A DNA stretch of 64,000 bases from Acholeplasmataceae bacterium (GTDB lineage: Bacteria; Bacillota_I; Bacilli_A; Acholeplasmatales; Acholeplasmataceae), in the NCBI GenBank assembly GCA_963667565.1, contig OY763415.1:672001-736000 (forward strand), in the 5' to 3' direction. The notes beneath the pieces were generated by a model. That model ran no database searches and was not told where the DNA came from. It saw nothing but the letters and a program-made list of their open reading frames with translations. This document shows, piece after piece, positions 11,266 through 20,648 of this stretch; positions within the stretch are counted from its first letter, which is position 1; each line of letters opens with the position of its first letter. The position numbers were made by a program, and so were the translations under genes.

Positions 11266-11385
11266 AGAGTCCCTCCCGACTTCAATTAATTAATATATCA
11301 AATTGAGACCCACCCTCTATGGAGTCCTAAAACCAGACACTATATCCCCATTGCTAATTTAATAGTGTTCAGTTTTAGAACTATA
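11266..11385 (-). promoter_or_regulatory. Structured 5' leader of the cpsBCD operon with G-rich loops
   Basis: Stem UUCUAAAACUG.ACACUAU/AUAGUGU.UGGUUUUAGGA with G-U pairs only on the minus strand and loop AGCAAUGGGGA; second hairpin GACUCCA-UAGAGGG-UGGGUC. Confidence 0.7.
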
Positions 11386-11390
11386 TCGGT

Positions 11391-11419
11391 ATTATATCTA
11401 ATATTTTGAACTATGTCAA
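11391..11419 (-). promoter_or_regulatory. Consensus sigma70 promoter of cpsBCD
   Basis: TTGACA (11419-11414)-17 bp-TATAAT (11396-11391). Confidence 0.88.
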
Positions 11420-11463
11420 TATTATTTTTATAAAATATGCTACTTTATTCTCGGAGGCCTAAA

Positions 11464-11742
11464 ATGTGGAACTTAATTTTTAAGAAATTGAGAGAAGAGC
11501 GGGGGCTAACACAGCAAGATTTAGCTGATTACTTAAAGATTTCAAGAACTGGTTATGCGCACTATGAATTAGGAAATAGTCAACCATCGATTGAACAAAT
11601 TATTAAACTGGCTGAATTCTATGAAGTGACTGTAGATTATCTATTAAATGTTAGTAATGTAAATCTCAAAAATGAGAAGGAAATTGAAGATCAGATCAAA
11701 AAGACGATTTCACTTTTAAACGAAGTTCGAAAAAAGCTATGA
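11464..11742 (+). CDS. XRE-family HTH transcriptional regulator
   Basis: LREERGLTQQDLADYL...YELGNSQPS...VTVDYLL; GGAGG upstream of ATG 11464; divergent from cpsB. Confidence 0.92.
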   Translation: MWNLIFKKLREERGLTQQDLADYLKISRTGYAHYELGNSQPSIEQIIKLAEFYEVTVDYLLNVSNVNLKNEKEIEDQIKKTISLLNEVRKKL

Positions 11743-11830
11743 TGATCGACTTAAACTAAGCTTAATCTTGTTGGATTAAGTTTTTTATTACGATTTTTAA
11801 AATGATATGGAGAGGTAAGTGATTTATCTT

Positions 11831-12547
11831 ATGAAAATTGAGATCTATGAAAATAAAGAAATCGCATCAAAACATGCCTCAAATCTAATTAAACATCAAA
11901 TCATGACTAAACCAACATCAGTTTTAGGATTAGCTACTGGTGATACACCACTTCTTCTTTATCAATACTTAATCCAGGAATATAAAAAAAAGCTTATATC
12001 ATTTGAAGATATAAGAACCTTTAATCTAGATGAATATTTAAATTTAGAGCCTTCATATAAACAATCATATACATATTATATGTATCATCATTTCTTTAGA
12101 CATATAGATATTAATCCTAAACATATCCACATACCTGCGCATAGTGAAGATCTTGTCTTATATGATCGACTCTTAAAGCAATATGGTCCTATTGATATTC
12201 AAATACTAGGTATAGGTCAAAATGGACATATTGGATTTAATGAACCTTATGATGATATCAATCAAAACACGCATATTGTTACATTATTAGATGATACCAT
12301 CAATGTTAATGCTCGATTTTTTAAATCAAAAGCTCATGTTCCAAAACAAGCTATTACAATGAGTATTTCACAAATTTTAGATGCAGATAAAATAATTTTG
12401 ATGGCTTTTGGATCAACGAAAAGTCAAATCATAAAAACATTACTAAAACTAAAGTTACCTACACCTAAAATACCTGCTTCTTATCTTTTACTTCATAAAG
12501 ATGTTACACTTATCATTGATAAAGAGTTAATGATGAATATGAAATAA
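11831..12547 (+). CDS. nagB: Glucosamine-6-phosphate deaminase
   Basis: VLGLATGDTP, FNLDEY and GIGQNGHIGFNEP motifs. Confidence 0.93.
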   Translation: MKIEIYENKEIASKHASNLIKHQIMTKPTSVLGLATGDTPLLLYQYLIQEYKKKLISFEDIRTFNLDEYLNLEPSYKQSYTYYMYHHFFRHIDINPKHIHIPAHSEDLVLYDRLLKQYGPIDIQILGIGQNGHIGFNEPYDDINQNTHIVTLLDDTINVNARFFKSKAHVPKQAITMSISQILDADKIILMAFGSTKSQIIKTLLKLKLPTPKIPASYLLLHKDVTLIIDKELMMNMK

Positions 12548-12577
12548 AAATGGAACTTCAATATGAAGTTCCATTTT
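12547..12577. terminator. Bidirectional terminator
   Basis: AAAATGGAACTTCA/TGAAGTTCCATTTT inverted repeat. Confidence 0.85.
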
Positions 12578-12580
12578 GTT

Positions 12581-12856
12581 TTATTGTTTTGTTTTTTCGT
12601 TTAATTCTTCAAGTACTTCTTTAGTTCTTTTAGTGTTTTTTAAGAACCCAAGTAACAAGATGTTAAACATATACGTGATGAATGTTGTCACAAGACCACC
12701 TAAAAGCGATAACAAGAAATATCCTCCACCGAATCTTGTCCCTTGTAGAGAAACGATAAATGTAGCAAATATCATTACCCAAAAAAGAATCATTGTGTAT
12801 TGTTTAAATACCTCTAACCATTTTGAATCATCTTCATCTGTATACCATTTTTTCAT
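12581..12856 (-). CDS. Small two-TM membrane protein, unknown function
   Basis: AAAGGGGG SD and two hydrophobic segments. Confidence 0.7.
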   Translation of the reverse strand: MKKWYTDEDDSKWLEVFKQYTMILFWVMIFATFIVSLQGTRFGGGYFLLSLLGGLVTTFITYMFNILLLGFLKNTKRTKEVLEELNEKTKQ

Positions 12857-12873
12857 GATATTCCCCCTTTTAT

Positions 12874-13779
12874 TTAAGCTTTACTTTTTTCTGTATTTTT
12901 CTTAACTCTTAATTTAATTAATAAATAATCGATGGTTGTTTCTTTATCATAGATAAAGTTTACAAAGATTGCCATCAAATTCACATAGACAAGCACTGGA
13001 ATAAACATCCATAATACTGGCCAAAAGAATGACTCTCCAGTAAAAGGATTCACTGTTAAAAATCTTGGAACTAATACTTTAATAAAATTGCCAATACCTA
13101 CTAATGTATCAAGATTTTTAACACCAAAGATCAGTGATGGATTTCTACCGTCTGGATTAAACATATCCATACCTTGTGGAACAAGTCCAAATAGTGATAA
13201 TACCCATTCATTAACAAAGATCAGTGATAGTGTACCCATTAAAATAAATGGCATATATCCTGCTCTTTTAATTGAAATCTCATGCATCTTGTAATGCAGC
13301 ATAAGGAAAGGTATTAAGAATAAAAGAAAATGTGTTGTATAAAATCTGATGGTTTCAAGTGAAAACGCCGTTTTCACATAAACACCTTCAATAGAAACGG
13401 CATTAAATGTTGATGAGAATGTATCCACTGGATAAAACAATGTTAACATACCAGAAACTAATCCAACTAAAACCATATAGTCTTTAAATATTTTATTTTT
13501 GACAAAATATAGAATTGGAAATGTTAATACACTAACTGCACATATATTTTCAAAAGAGACTTTAACCCATCTGTTTTCTACAAAATAAGGATCTGTGTAT
13601 GGATAAATAAGCACCTTTAAAAAATGAATGGCAAAATTGGCCATAATGAGACCAAAAATAAACCAAAATCTAAATTTATTTGACTTATATTTTAAGAGTC
13701 TAACACTAATTAATGTCAAACTGAGTGCGATTAGTAAATATAAAAAATAATACATGTTAAACATTTCAACAACTGCCAT
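12874..13779 (-). CDS. YwaF/TMEM164-like integral membrane protein
   Basis: Multi-TM; FENICAVS and RFYTTH motifs. Confidence 0.6.
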   Translation of the reverse strand: MAVVEMFNMYYFLYLLIALSLTLISVRLLKYKSNKFRFWFIFGLIMANFAIHFLKVLIYPYTDPYFVENRWVKVSFENICAVSVLTFPILYFVKNKIFKDYMVLVGLVSGMLTLFYPVDTFSSTFNAVSIEGVYVKTAFSLETIRFYTTHFLLFLIPFLMLHYKMHEISIKRAGYMPFILMGTLSLIFVNEWVLSLFGLVPQGMDMFNPDGRNPSLIFGVKNLDTLVGIGNFIKVLVPRFLTVNPFTGESFFWPVLWMFIPVLVYVNLMAIFVNFIYDKETTIDYLLIKLRVKKNTEKSKA

Positions 13780-13865
13780 TGTCTCACCCCACTTTACTAG
13801 ATTATATCATATGATATAAATTGTAAAGAACAATTTGATGTTATTTTAGATATGAAAAGGTTTTG

Positions 13866-15038
13866 CTATTTTTCTTTTATATGAAAATCGGTTAGCTGAT
13901 TTTCTTCTCTTTTGTGATGTGACATCAGTTGTCTTAGTTTATGCATGGTCATTGAAGTTTTAAGAAATATGAGCTTAAACCAGCGATATATCCAATAAAA
14001 TGGCAACAAAACAGGGACATATTTAATGACCTTAAATCGAGCAGCAATCATCTTATATGATGGAAACATGGTTTTGATTAAATATGTTAATTTATCACTT
14101 ATTGTTTCTATCTTTTGATTCTTCAAAATGATTTGATATGCATCATTTGATGTACCTTTACCATGAACACCAGTTTTTAACATAACTTTAATAATTTTTT
14201 CATAATCATCACTATTAAATTGATTAAAATCAAAATGTTCAATCTTAATATCATCATGTAAATAATAATTATGAAGACTTATAATCAATTCAAAAAAGGA
14301 TTTTAGTTTTGTTTTATTTAATAAAGTGTTTAAATAAGCTGGATTGAGATCATGATGTTTTGTAAACAAATAGATATCAAGAATACTTCTAAGTCCTATC
14401 CCACCATTTTCAATATGTTTGACTAAATGATAGAGTAAATAATTTAATTCATATTCTGGATTAAATGTTTTCTCATATTTGCTTTCAATCTTTATGTGGA
14501 AAAAAGGATCTAAAAACATTGAATCATAGTCTTGATCAAAATCATGTTGAATAAATGGATGTAGTTCAATGTGTTCTTTTTCTTTACTTAAATAGGTATT
14601 ATGGTAATAATATCTAGATATAAGTTGATATCCATTGATTTTTAGTATTTTATTAACTTTCTTATAAACACGTTCTTCAACTAATAAATCAATATCTGTC
14701 ATGCCACGCATATATGTTTTTGGATATATATTTTTGATGTGTGATCCTTTTAGTAAGATATAATTGATAGCTTCTTTATTTAATAAAGCTTTTAATTCTA
14801 TTAAAGTGATTTGTTGACTCAAATCTCTTGAAATATAATGATAATAGGTTTGTCTTAAGAGTTTTTGATAATAAGCATCAATTGATGATAATTCGAGAGA
14901 CTCAAAAACAAGACCACATAAACCATTTTCAATCATAGCTTTAGTAAATGATCTTTGATCTTTAATTTCTTTTGAAAATTTTAAGTCATGAAGTGATGCA
15001 TAAACTGCATCATAAATGTTAGTGATTAACTCTTTCAT
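13866..15038 (-). CDS. Nucleotidyltransferase family protein (NTP_transf_5-like)
   Basis: ILLKGSH, R.M.DIDLLV, IELH and HLVKHI..GGIGLRSILD motifs. Confidence 0.88.
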   Translation of the reverse strand: MKELITNIYDAVYASLHDLKFSKEIKDQRSFTKAMIENGLCGLVFESLELSSIDAYYQKLLRQTYYHYISRDLSQQITLIELKALLNKEAINYILLKGSHIKNIYPKTYMRGMTDIDLLVEERVYKKVNKILKINGYQLISRYYYHNTYLSKEKEHIELHPFIQHDFDQDYDSMFLDPFFHIKIESKYEKTFNPEYELNYLLYHLVKHIENGGIGLRSILDIYLFTKHHDLNPAYLNTLLNKTKLKSFFELIISLHNYYLHDDIKIEHFDFNQFNSDDYEKIIKVMLKTGVHGKGTSNDAYQIILKNQKIETISDKLTYLIKTMFPSYKMIAARFKVIKYVPVLLPFYWIYRWFKLIFLKTSMTMHKLRQLMSHHKREENQLTDFHIKEK

Positions 15039-15058
15039 ATAAAACCTCAACATATGAT

Positions 15059-15082
15059 AAAGGGATTCAAACGAATCCCTTT
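15059..15082 (-). terminator. Hairpin after the nuclease gene (weak U tract, probably leaky)
   Basis: AAAGGGATTC-gttt-GAATCCCTTT. Confidence 0.6.
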
Positions 15083-15086
15083 AATG

Positions 15087-15989
15087 TTAAACTTCATAAA
15101 TCATTTGATAGAAATCAGGATAATCAATGAAAGGATTTCTATTATATTGAATACCAAAGATGGTTTCATTTCTATTTCTTTCAAAGTCATCTATTGTATC
15201 TAGTGTTAACCATGATGTAATGGTTGATAAATCACCCATTTCATGAACAACTGGTTCTACACTATCTGTTTCTATTAATGTTAAATAATCATACATGACA
15301 ACCATGTAAAATAAGATACGTGCAATATCGCCTTTAACAGCATCTCTAGGTGCATATGAAACAGTTGTTGTTGTATTAGCAAACCACTTATTACCTCTAG
15401 ATGAATTGACACTAGGATTTGCAGGTTTTAAATTATGTAGATCTGATGCGATATTGATACCACCAGCATCTTCTCCAAGTAGAGATTGTGGCCAGATGTG
15501 TTCTCTATTCCAAGTAGTTCCTCCATCCCATACACCAGAAACTGAATCACCTGTATAAAGTAAGATAACATTACTTGAATTATTTGGATCTCTATCTGTA
15601 TCATCTAAATCGTATCTTGCATCATCATATGAAACACCTGAAAACCCAGTATTAACTATAGTTCTAAGAGATAATAATAAATCATTTCCATAAAGACCTA
15701 CAGCATCGTCATAATAAGGTTCTAAGACTAAGATAGTAATATCAATTGTTTCACTATCTCCAGTATCTGATTGTGCATAATATGATTGATGGTAAGTACC
15801 TGGTGTAGATGTGTCTACACTTCCTGTTGTTTCGTAGAATGCTACTGTATCAAAAGATGAGTAAATATAATAACCAGAATCGTCTATCGTAGCCCCTACA
15901 GAAACTGAATAAACAGGAAGAGCTGCATTATATGCAGGATCTTCACCATTACCAGTGCCTGGATCTCCTGTAGAGGTCCCTACTCCCCC
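15087..15989 (-). CDS. C-terminal part of a surface nuclease: Ig-like (DUF5011-like) domain plus endonuclease I domain, out of frame with the upstream part
   Basis: WNREHIWPQS, DLHNLKP, NSSRGN, KGDIARILFYM and NRNPFIDYP. No signal peptide or SD of its own. Confidence 0.85.
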   Translation of the reverse strand, partial: GGVGTSTGDPGTGNGEDPAYNAALPVYSVSVGATIDDSGYYIYSSFDTVAFYETTGSVDTSTPGTYHQSYYAQSDTGDSETIDITILVLEPYYDDAVGLYGNDLLLSLRTIVNTGFSGVSYDDARYDLDDTDRDPNNSSNVILLYTGDSVSGVWDGGTTWNREHIWPQSLLGEDAGGINIASDLHNLKPANPSVNSSRGNKWFANTTTTVSYAPRDAVKGDIARILFYMVVMYDYLTLIETDSVEPVVHEMGDLSTITSWLTLDTIDDFERNRNETIFGIQYNRNPFIDYPDFYQMIYEV

Positions 15990-18856
15990 GGGTTGTATGT
16001 GTGAATACCTAAATAAGTATATGTATCTTTTGCAAATGCAGTCCATTCAGCTAAAGTGAAAACTGAATTACCACTCGTAATATTATTATTTCTTACCCAC
16101 GTTACGTCAGCAGCAAATGAAGTGGTTTGTGGAATCAATCCAATGATATCAATAAGAACACTATTCTTATTTAGTACTATAACATCATCACCATTAAAGT
16201 TTATCACTGTTGAGTTTTTTAAATCACCTACTGATACAATTGCTGGTGTTGTTGAATTATAGATTACATATACTTCATTATTAGCTAATAAACCACTCAA
16301 AGGTACAGTAGCACTAACTGTTGATGACCCGTTAGAATATAAATCTAAAGAGTAGTTAGCTAAATCAATAGTAGCACCAGTACCATTATAAATTTCAATT
16401 GCTTTATTAGTGCCACCACCTTCAATATATTCAGAAATGAATAAATCAGAAGCATTTTGTTGCCATTTTAAGTATATTGAAACATTTGAATTGATTGCTT
16501 CAGTAGCAAAATCAAAAGGTGTTGTAAAAGCTGCATCAACGTAATAACCATCTAACCAATGTCCACTATACGTAGGTGAAGTAGGTTCAAGAGCATAATT
16601 GCCTTCAGCAACTGTTTGATTACTGATTGCATCACCATTAGTTACAAAACTTACAGTATATTCAGTACCTGATGAAACTGTCCAATAAGCATATAAGGTA
16701 ACATCACCAGTTTGATTAGTAATTAATGTGACTTCTTCTCCACTAACTGCTGCATCATACCATCCGGCAAAAACATATCCATCTTTAGATGCAGCTAATA
16801 AATTAACTTCATCTTCAATTGTATATGTTGCAGGATTTAATTCATGATTTAAACCACCATCTAAATTATAAGTGATGGAATATTCAATTGGTGACCATCC
16901 AGCATATATAGTTATATCTGAACCAGGAATAGTATCAAATGTATATAATGTTGTTAATTCAGAGTCACTATACCATCCAGTAAAATTATAACCAGTTTTT
17001 GTAGGTTCTTCAAAGAAACCAGAGATATCAGTACCATAATCATCTGTGATACTTGCTACTGCGCTACCACCATTAGAATCAAAAGAAACTGTGAATTGTC
17101 CAATTGACCAACTTGCAAATACATAAGAGTCAACATCTATATATGTATTCTCAAAATCGAATAAAGTTGTATAGGATTGGTCTGTATACCAACCATTAAA
17201 AGTATAGCCTTCTCTTGTAGGATCATCAATTTGACTTACTAATTCACCAGGAATAATTAAATCATAATCAGTAGTAGCATCATCGACATATGCGAGTCTT
17301 AATACATTTGAATAAGTATAATCAGCACCTACCACTAAATCATCTAAATTTACTCTTCTTCCTGAATCATTTGGATTCAATATTTGAACATAAAGATTAC
17401 TATTAGATAATCCACTATTAATAAAGTTGGTGGAAATTGATAAATCTATTACGTATTCTAGATACTCACTTGTTGCTAAAATACCACCAGGTATTGAATC
17501 TGATACATCAATCCAATTAACTGCATCTTCAGAGACATAAACAAATAATTGATTGTCTCCATCAGCACCATACATTTTTGCAGAAAAACTTATAAAATTA
17601 ATGGTATCAAAATAAGTTTGTGATTGAATAAAACCCGGATCATCATCTATTCTTAAAGCTTGAGATCCAGTGAGTGCTTCTCCAGCAAGATTACCAATAA
17701 CAGCTTCATTAAGATTCCAAGAGACTCCATCAATATCAATAACTGCAGCAGCATAACTTCCTTTTGTACTATTTTCAAAACTTGTCATATAACCAGCAGC
17801 TGATGCTTGATAACGATTAGTTATTTCACTATACATCACATGAACACTACTACCGTCATCATAAAACATATAAGCACTAATCGCATTTAAGAATCCTAAA
17901 CTAAAACTCATCAAATATTCATTAGATGCAGGATTGAATTGATTGCTTTGTGCTTGAACAACACCATCATTACCAATCGCTAAATCAGCAGTGTTATCAT
18001 TTGAATATATAAATCCCCATTCAACTAATTCATAACCTTCAGGTAAATAAAATTGAGCCATAAATGATTGATATCCAGCTCTAATACCTAAATCATTACT
18101 CATGACGAGCATTGGTCCACTTTCATATCCATTTTCATATACTTTTGTTAAATTCATATCTTCTAGCATTGTAAATGTATATGATAAATCACTTGATACA
18201 GCGTATCCATTAAGTGACCAGAATGCAAAAGGAACGCCTTCAACTGAAGCGTCTGCAGTGACTGTAACTAATTCGTTATATGGATATGCACTGTATAACA
18301 CATTATCAATATAAAGGTCATATGTATCTGATGAACTACTTTGATATTGTAATGTATAAATTCTATTTTCTAATACGTTATCAAACGTTATCAAACCTTG
18401 ATCAGAAACCCAAGCATCCGCTTTAATTTCTAAACCTGGCTTATTAGGTAACGCATTTGTTGGTGGTACTGCTGTACCACCTGATACGACATATTGTCGA
18501 TCAATGATTTGTCCGTTTGTATCAATAAAAAGCACACCATATTCTCCAACTGGAGCATATAAACCAATAATATTCATATTAGAAGTGACTTTAATCGATG
18601 CATTTTCTGGTAGATCAGGTCTAACAACACCATTAACAACCCAAACAGCAAAATTATAACTTGGATTGACAGCAGGTTGAAAATCAACATAACTACCATA
18701 AACTTTGTCAGCTAATACTGAGCTTGATGAATTTTCACTATCATATTGATAAGTAATATTAACATCGACTGCAGAAAACTCAGCTGCCTTAATATGTTGT
18801 AAAAACAGTGGTGTAATTAAAGCAAATAAAATGAAAATCCCCATAATTTTCTTCAC
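15980..18856 (-). CDS. Secreted/surface protein with InlB B-repeats and a lamin-tail domain (N-terminal part of the nuclease)
   Basis: Signal peptide, repeated PT(R/K).GY.F.GWY motifs and LFISEYIEG...KAIEIYNGTG (LTD). Confidence 0.85.
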   Translation of the reverse strand: MKKIMGIFILFALITPLFLQHIKAAEFSAVDVNITYQYDSENSSSSVLADKVYGSYVDFQPAVNPSYNFAVWVVNGVVRPDLPENASIKVTSNMNIIGLYAPVGEYGVLFIDTNGQIIDRQYVVSGGTAVPPTNALPNKPGLEIKADAWVSDQGLITFDNVLENRIYTLQYQSSSSDTYDLYIDNVLYSAYPYNELVTVTADASVEGVPFAFWSLNGYAVSSDLSYTFTMLEDMNLTKVYENGYESGPMLVMSNDLGIRAGYQSFMAQFYLPEGYELVEWGFIYSNDNTADLAIGNDGVVQAQSNQFNPASNEYLMSFSLGFLNAISAYMFYDDGSSVHVMYSEITNRYQASAAGYMTSFENSTKGSYAAAVIDIDGVSWNLNEAVIGNLAGEALTGSQALRIDDDPGFIQSQTYFDTINFISFSAKMYGADGDNQLFVYVSEDAVNWIDVSDSIPGGILATSEYLEYVIDLSISTNFINSGLSNSNLYVQILNPNDSGRRVNLDDLVVGADYTYSNVLRLAYVDDATTDYDLIIPGELVSQIDDPTREGYTFNGWYTDQSYTTLFDFENTYIDVDSYVFASWSIGQFTVSFDSNGGSAVASITDDYGTDISGFFEEPTKTGYNFTGWYSDSELTTLYTFDTIPGSDITIYAGWSPIEYSITYNLDGGLNHELNPATYTIEDEVNLLAASKDGYVFAGWYDAAVSGEEVTLITNQTGDVTLYAYWTVSSGTEYTVSFVTNGDAISNQTVAEGNYALEPTSPTYSGHWLDGYYVDAAFTTPFDFATEAINSNVSIYLKWQQNASDLFISEYIEGGGTNKAIEIYNGTGATIDLANYSLDLYSNGSSTVSATVPLSGLLANNEVYVIYNSTTPAIVSVGDLKNSTVINFNGDDVIVLNKNSVLIDIIGLIPQTTSFAADVTWVRNNNITSGNSVFTLAEWTAFAKDTYTYLGIHTYNPGE

Positions 18857-18862
18857 TATTAA

Positions 18863-18985
18863 TTACCCCCAAATATCTTCAAAAAACACTGAACCGCTTG
18901 ACGATTCCCCTGAAATGCTGTCCTCAATTTCGAATTCAACGAATTCAATCTCAGGACACATGTACTCCTTTTTTTCTTCACCCAT
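18863..18985 (-). CDS. Putative RiPP precursor peptide, 40 aa: MGEEKKEYMCPEIEFVEFEIEDSISGESSSGSVFFEDIWG
   Basis: Translated by hand. Strong SD GAGGAGG (18994-19000), own extended -10 and a YxxPxI leader motif; near PqqD, peptidase and kinase genes. Confidence 0.85.
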   Translation of the reverse strand: MGEEKKEYMCPEIEFVEFEIEDSISGESSSGSVFFEDIWG

Positions 18986-19020
18986 TGCAAAATCCTCCTC
19001 TATTTTGTAATACAATTTTA

Positions 19021-19029
19021 ATTATAACA
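19021..19029 (-). promoter_or_regulatory. Extended -10 promoter of the precursor/nuclease transcript
   Basis: TGTTATAAT about 35 nt upstream of ATG 18985. Confidence 0.7.
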
Positions 19030-19086
19030 CCCTTTTTTTTAAGTTTTATAAATTTTTTGTAAATTATAATCAATCTATTTTACTTT

Positions 19087-19944
19087 TTATCTAATTTTAA
19101 TGAATATTGAAATAAAATAGTTGTTTGACTCATCATCTGTAAATGTTGCTAGTATGATTAAGTAATCTGTTGATGGATGATTTGTTTTAAATGTTTCAAT
19201 AAATGCTTGATTTACAGATAGTGTGTTTTGTTGATATCTGTAATCATTTGATGTAAGATCAGTTGCTGAAAATGATACAGTATGATAAGCAGATTCATAG
19301 ACATCTGCAAAAACATCATCATTTTGATATAAGATAAGGTCGCTATTTACAACAAATGGTGTTTCACCTTCAATGAGGTTAAATCTTAAATCAAAATAAC
19401 CTGTTGTTGTATCAACTCTAAATTCAACTTGATCCTCAAAAGTATGAATAAATACCTTTTGAGCAATTGAGAGTTGATTATTTTCATAATGATACTCATC
19501 ATCAGATAAGATGATTTGATGTAAATCCATTGAAATCTCTATAATATTTAGATTAATGACAGTAACTACTGCATCTTCATTATTAAATGTATACGTGTAA
19601 GTTGCATCTAAATCAAGGTGCTTTTCCATCGTATATGAAATCACATTTGAAGGATATGATTCACCTTTAACAATGAATTGAACTGAGATATCATAAACAC
19701 CAAGATGGACTAAATCTAGAAGACTTAAATCAACAGAATTATCAATAATATTTTGTTCATAGACTTGGTCAATGTATAAATAATACTGTCTTTCTTCATC
19801 ATAATTATCAATGATAAGTCTATTCGTATCTATACTTATCACAGGTACTTCGATTTGATCTATGACAGTTTCTTCTTCTTTACATGAGACAAGTAATCCA
19901 GTTAATAAAATTAAAACACTAAAAAATATTACCTTTTTTTTCAT
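19087..19944 (-). CDS. Lipoprotein, probable beta-sandwich (X2-like) domains
   Basis: Lipobox LLVSC; two similar Y.Y....LS(I/V)...FI segments. Confidence 0.7.
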   Translation of the reverse strand: MKKKVIFFSVLILLTGLLVSCKEEETVIDQIEVPVISIDTNRLIIDNYDEERQYYLYIDQVYEQNIIDNSVDLSLLDLVHLGVYDISVQFIVKGESYPSNVISYTMEKHLDLDATYTYTFNNEDAVVTVINLNIIEISMDLHQIILSDDEYHYENNQLSIAQKVFIHTFEDQVEFRVDTTTGYFDLRFNLIEGETPFVVNSDLILYQNDDVFADVYESAYHTVSFSATDLTSNDYRYQQNTLSVNQAFIETFKTNHPSTDYLIILATFTDDESNNYFISIFIKIR

Positions 19945-19959
19945 TTGTTTCCCTCCAAT

Positions 19960-20385
19960 TTATAAAAGTGAATGTAATTGATTCACTTTTTTCTTATATG
20001 TTGATAATAATAAAAACATGCGAACTTTTAGTAAATACCACCAAGATCTTTCTTGAATGGTTTTTTGTTTATGACTATGATTGATGACTTTAGCGATGAT
20101 CTCATCTATTTTGACATACTCATAATTCGTATTATGGTCACCTTTAATCCAAACATAGTCTTTAATCTTTATGATTCGATGAAGATAATACTTTCCATCA
20201 AAGATAAATAAAACGACGTCATATATTTTTAAATCGATTGGTTTAGATAAAGTAACCATGGTTTCTCTATCTTTATAAAAGGGGTACATGCTATTGCCTG
20301 ATACAGTTAATTGAACTTCTAAACCTTCATCAATGAGCTCTTTTACGGTTGGCATTAAATCCTTTGAGTGGATGACTTTTTTCAT
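19960..20385 (-). CDS. S24/S26-family serine peptidase, soluble
   Basis: GNSMYP (catalytic Ser), LHRII and KGD.N motifs; no N-terminal TM. Confidence 0.88.
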   Translation of the reverse strand: MKKVIHSKDLMPTVKELIDEGLEVQLTVSGNSMYPFYKDRETMVTLSKPIDLKIYDVVLFIFDGKYYLHRIIKIKDYVWIKGDHNTNYEYVKIDEIIAKVINHSHKQKTIQERSWWYLLKVRMFLLLSTYKKKVNQLHSLL

Positions 20386-20648
20386 TCGATGATCAACTTT
20401 TTCTCTCTAAGTTTAGATATAAAAGATGTCACATCAGCATTAATCACATCAAGTGGTGCACAATAAAGCCCATAAAGTAGAGATATGAGTTCATCTTTAG
20501 TCACATCTTTTTGCATCGCTTCAAATAAGATCTTGCCTGTTTCATTTAATGTCATAATACCATTAAAATTAATCATAGCTTCTCCTATTGGAACAACTAT
20601 GTCATGATCTTTTAATTGTTTAATCCTATATCCTTCTTTAATTCTCAT
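20382..20648 (-). CDS. PqqD-family protein / RiPP recognition element
   Basis: 88 aa: IVVPIG...FNGIMTLNETGKILFE...DVTSFISKLREKKLI; start ATG 20648. Confidence 0.92.
   Translation of the reverse strand: MRIKEGYRIKQLKDHDIVVPIGEAMINFNGIMTLNETGKILFEAMQKDVTKDELISLLYGLYCAPLDVINADVTSFISKLREKKLIIE

Noticed and set aside
11341..11352. Mini-ORF ATG GGG ATA TAG in the cps leader loop
   Set aside because: No SD; explained by the loop motif itself.
15990..16046. Independent start of the 319-aa nuclease ORF (MDCICK...)
   Set aside because: No SD or signal peptide; it is an out-of-frame shadow of the upstream gene.
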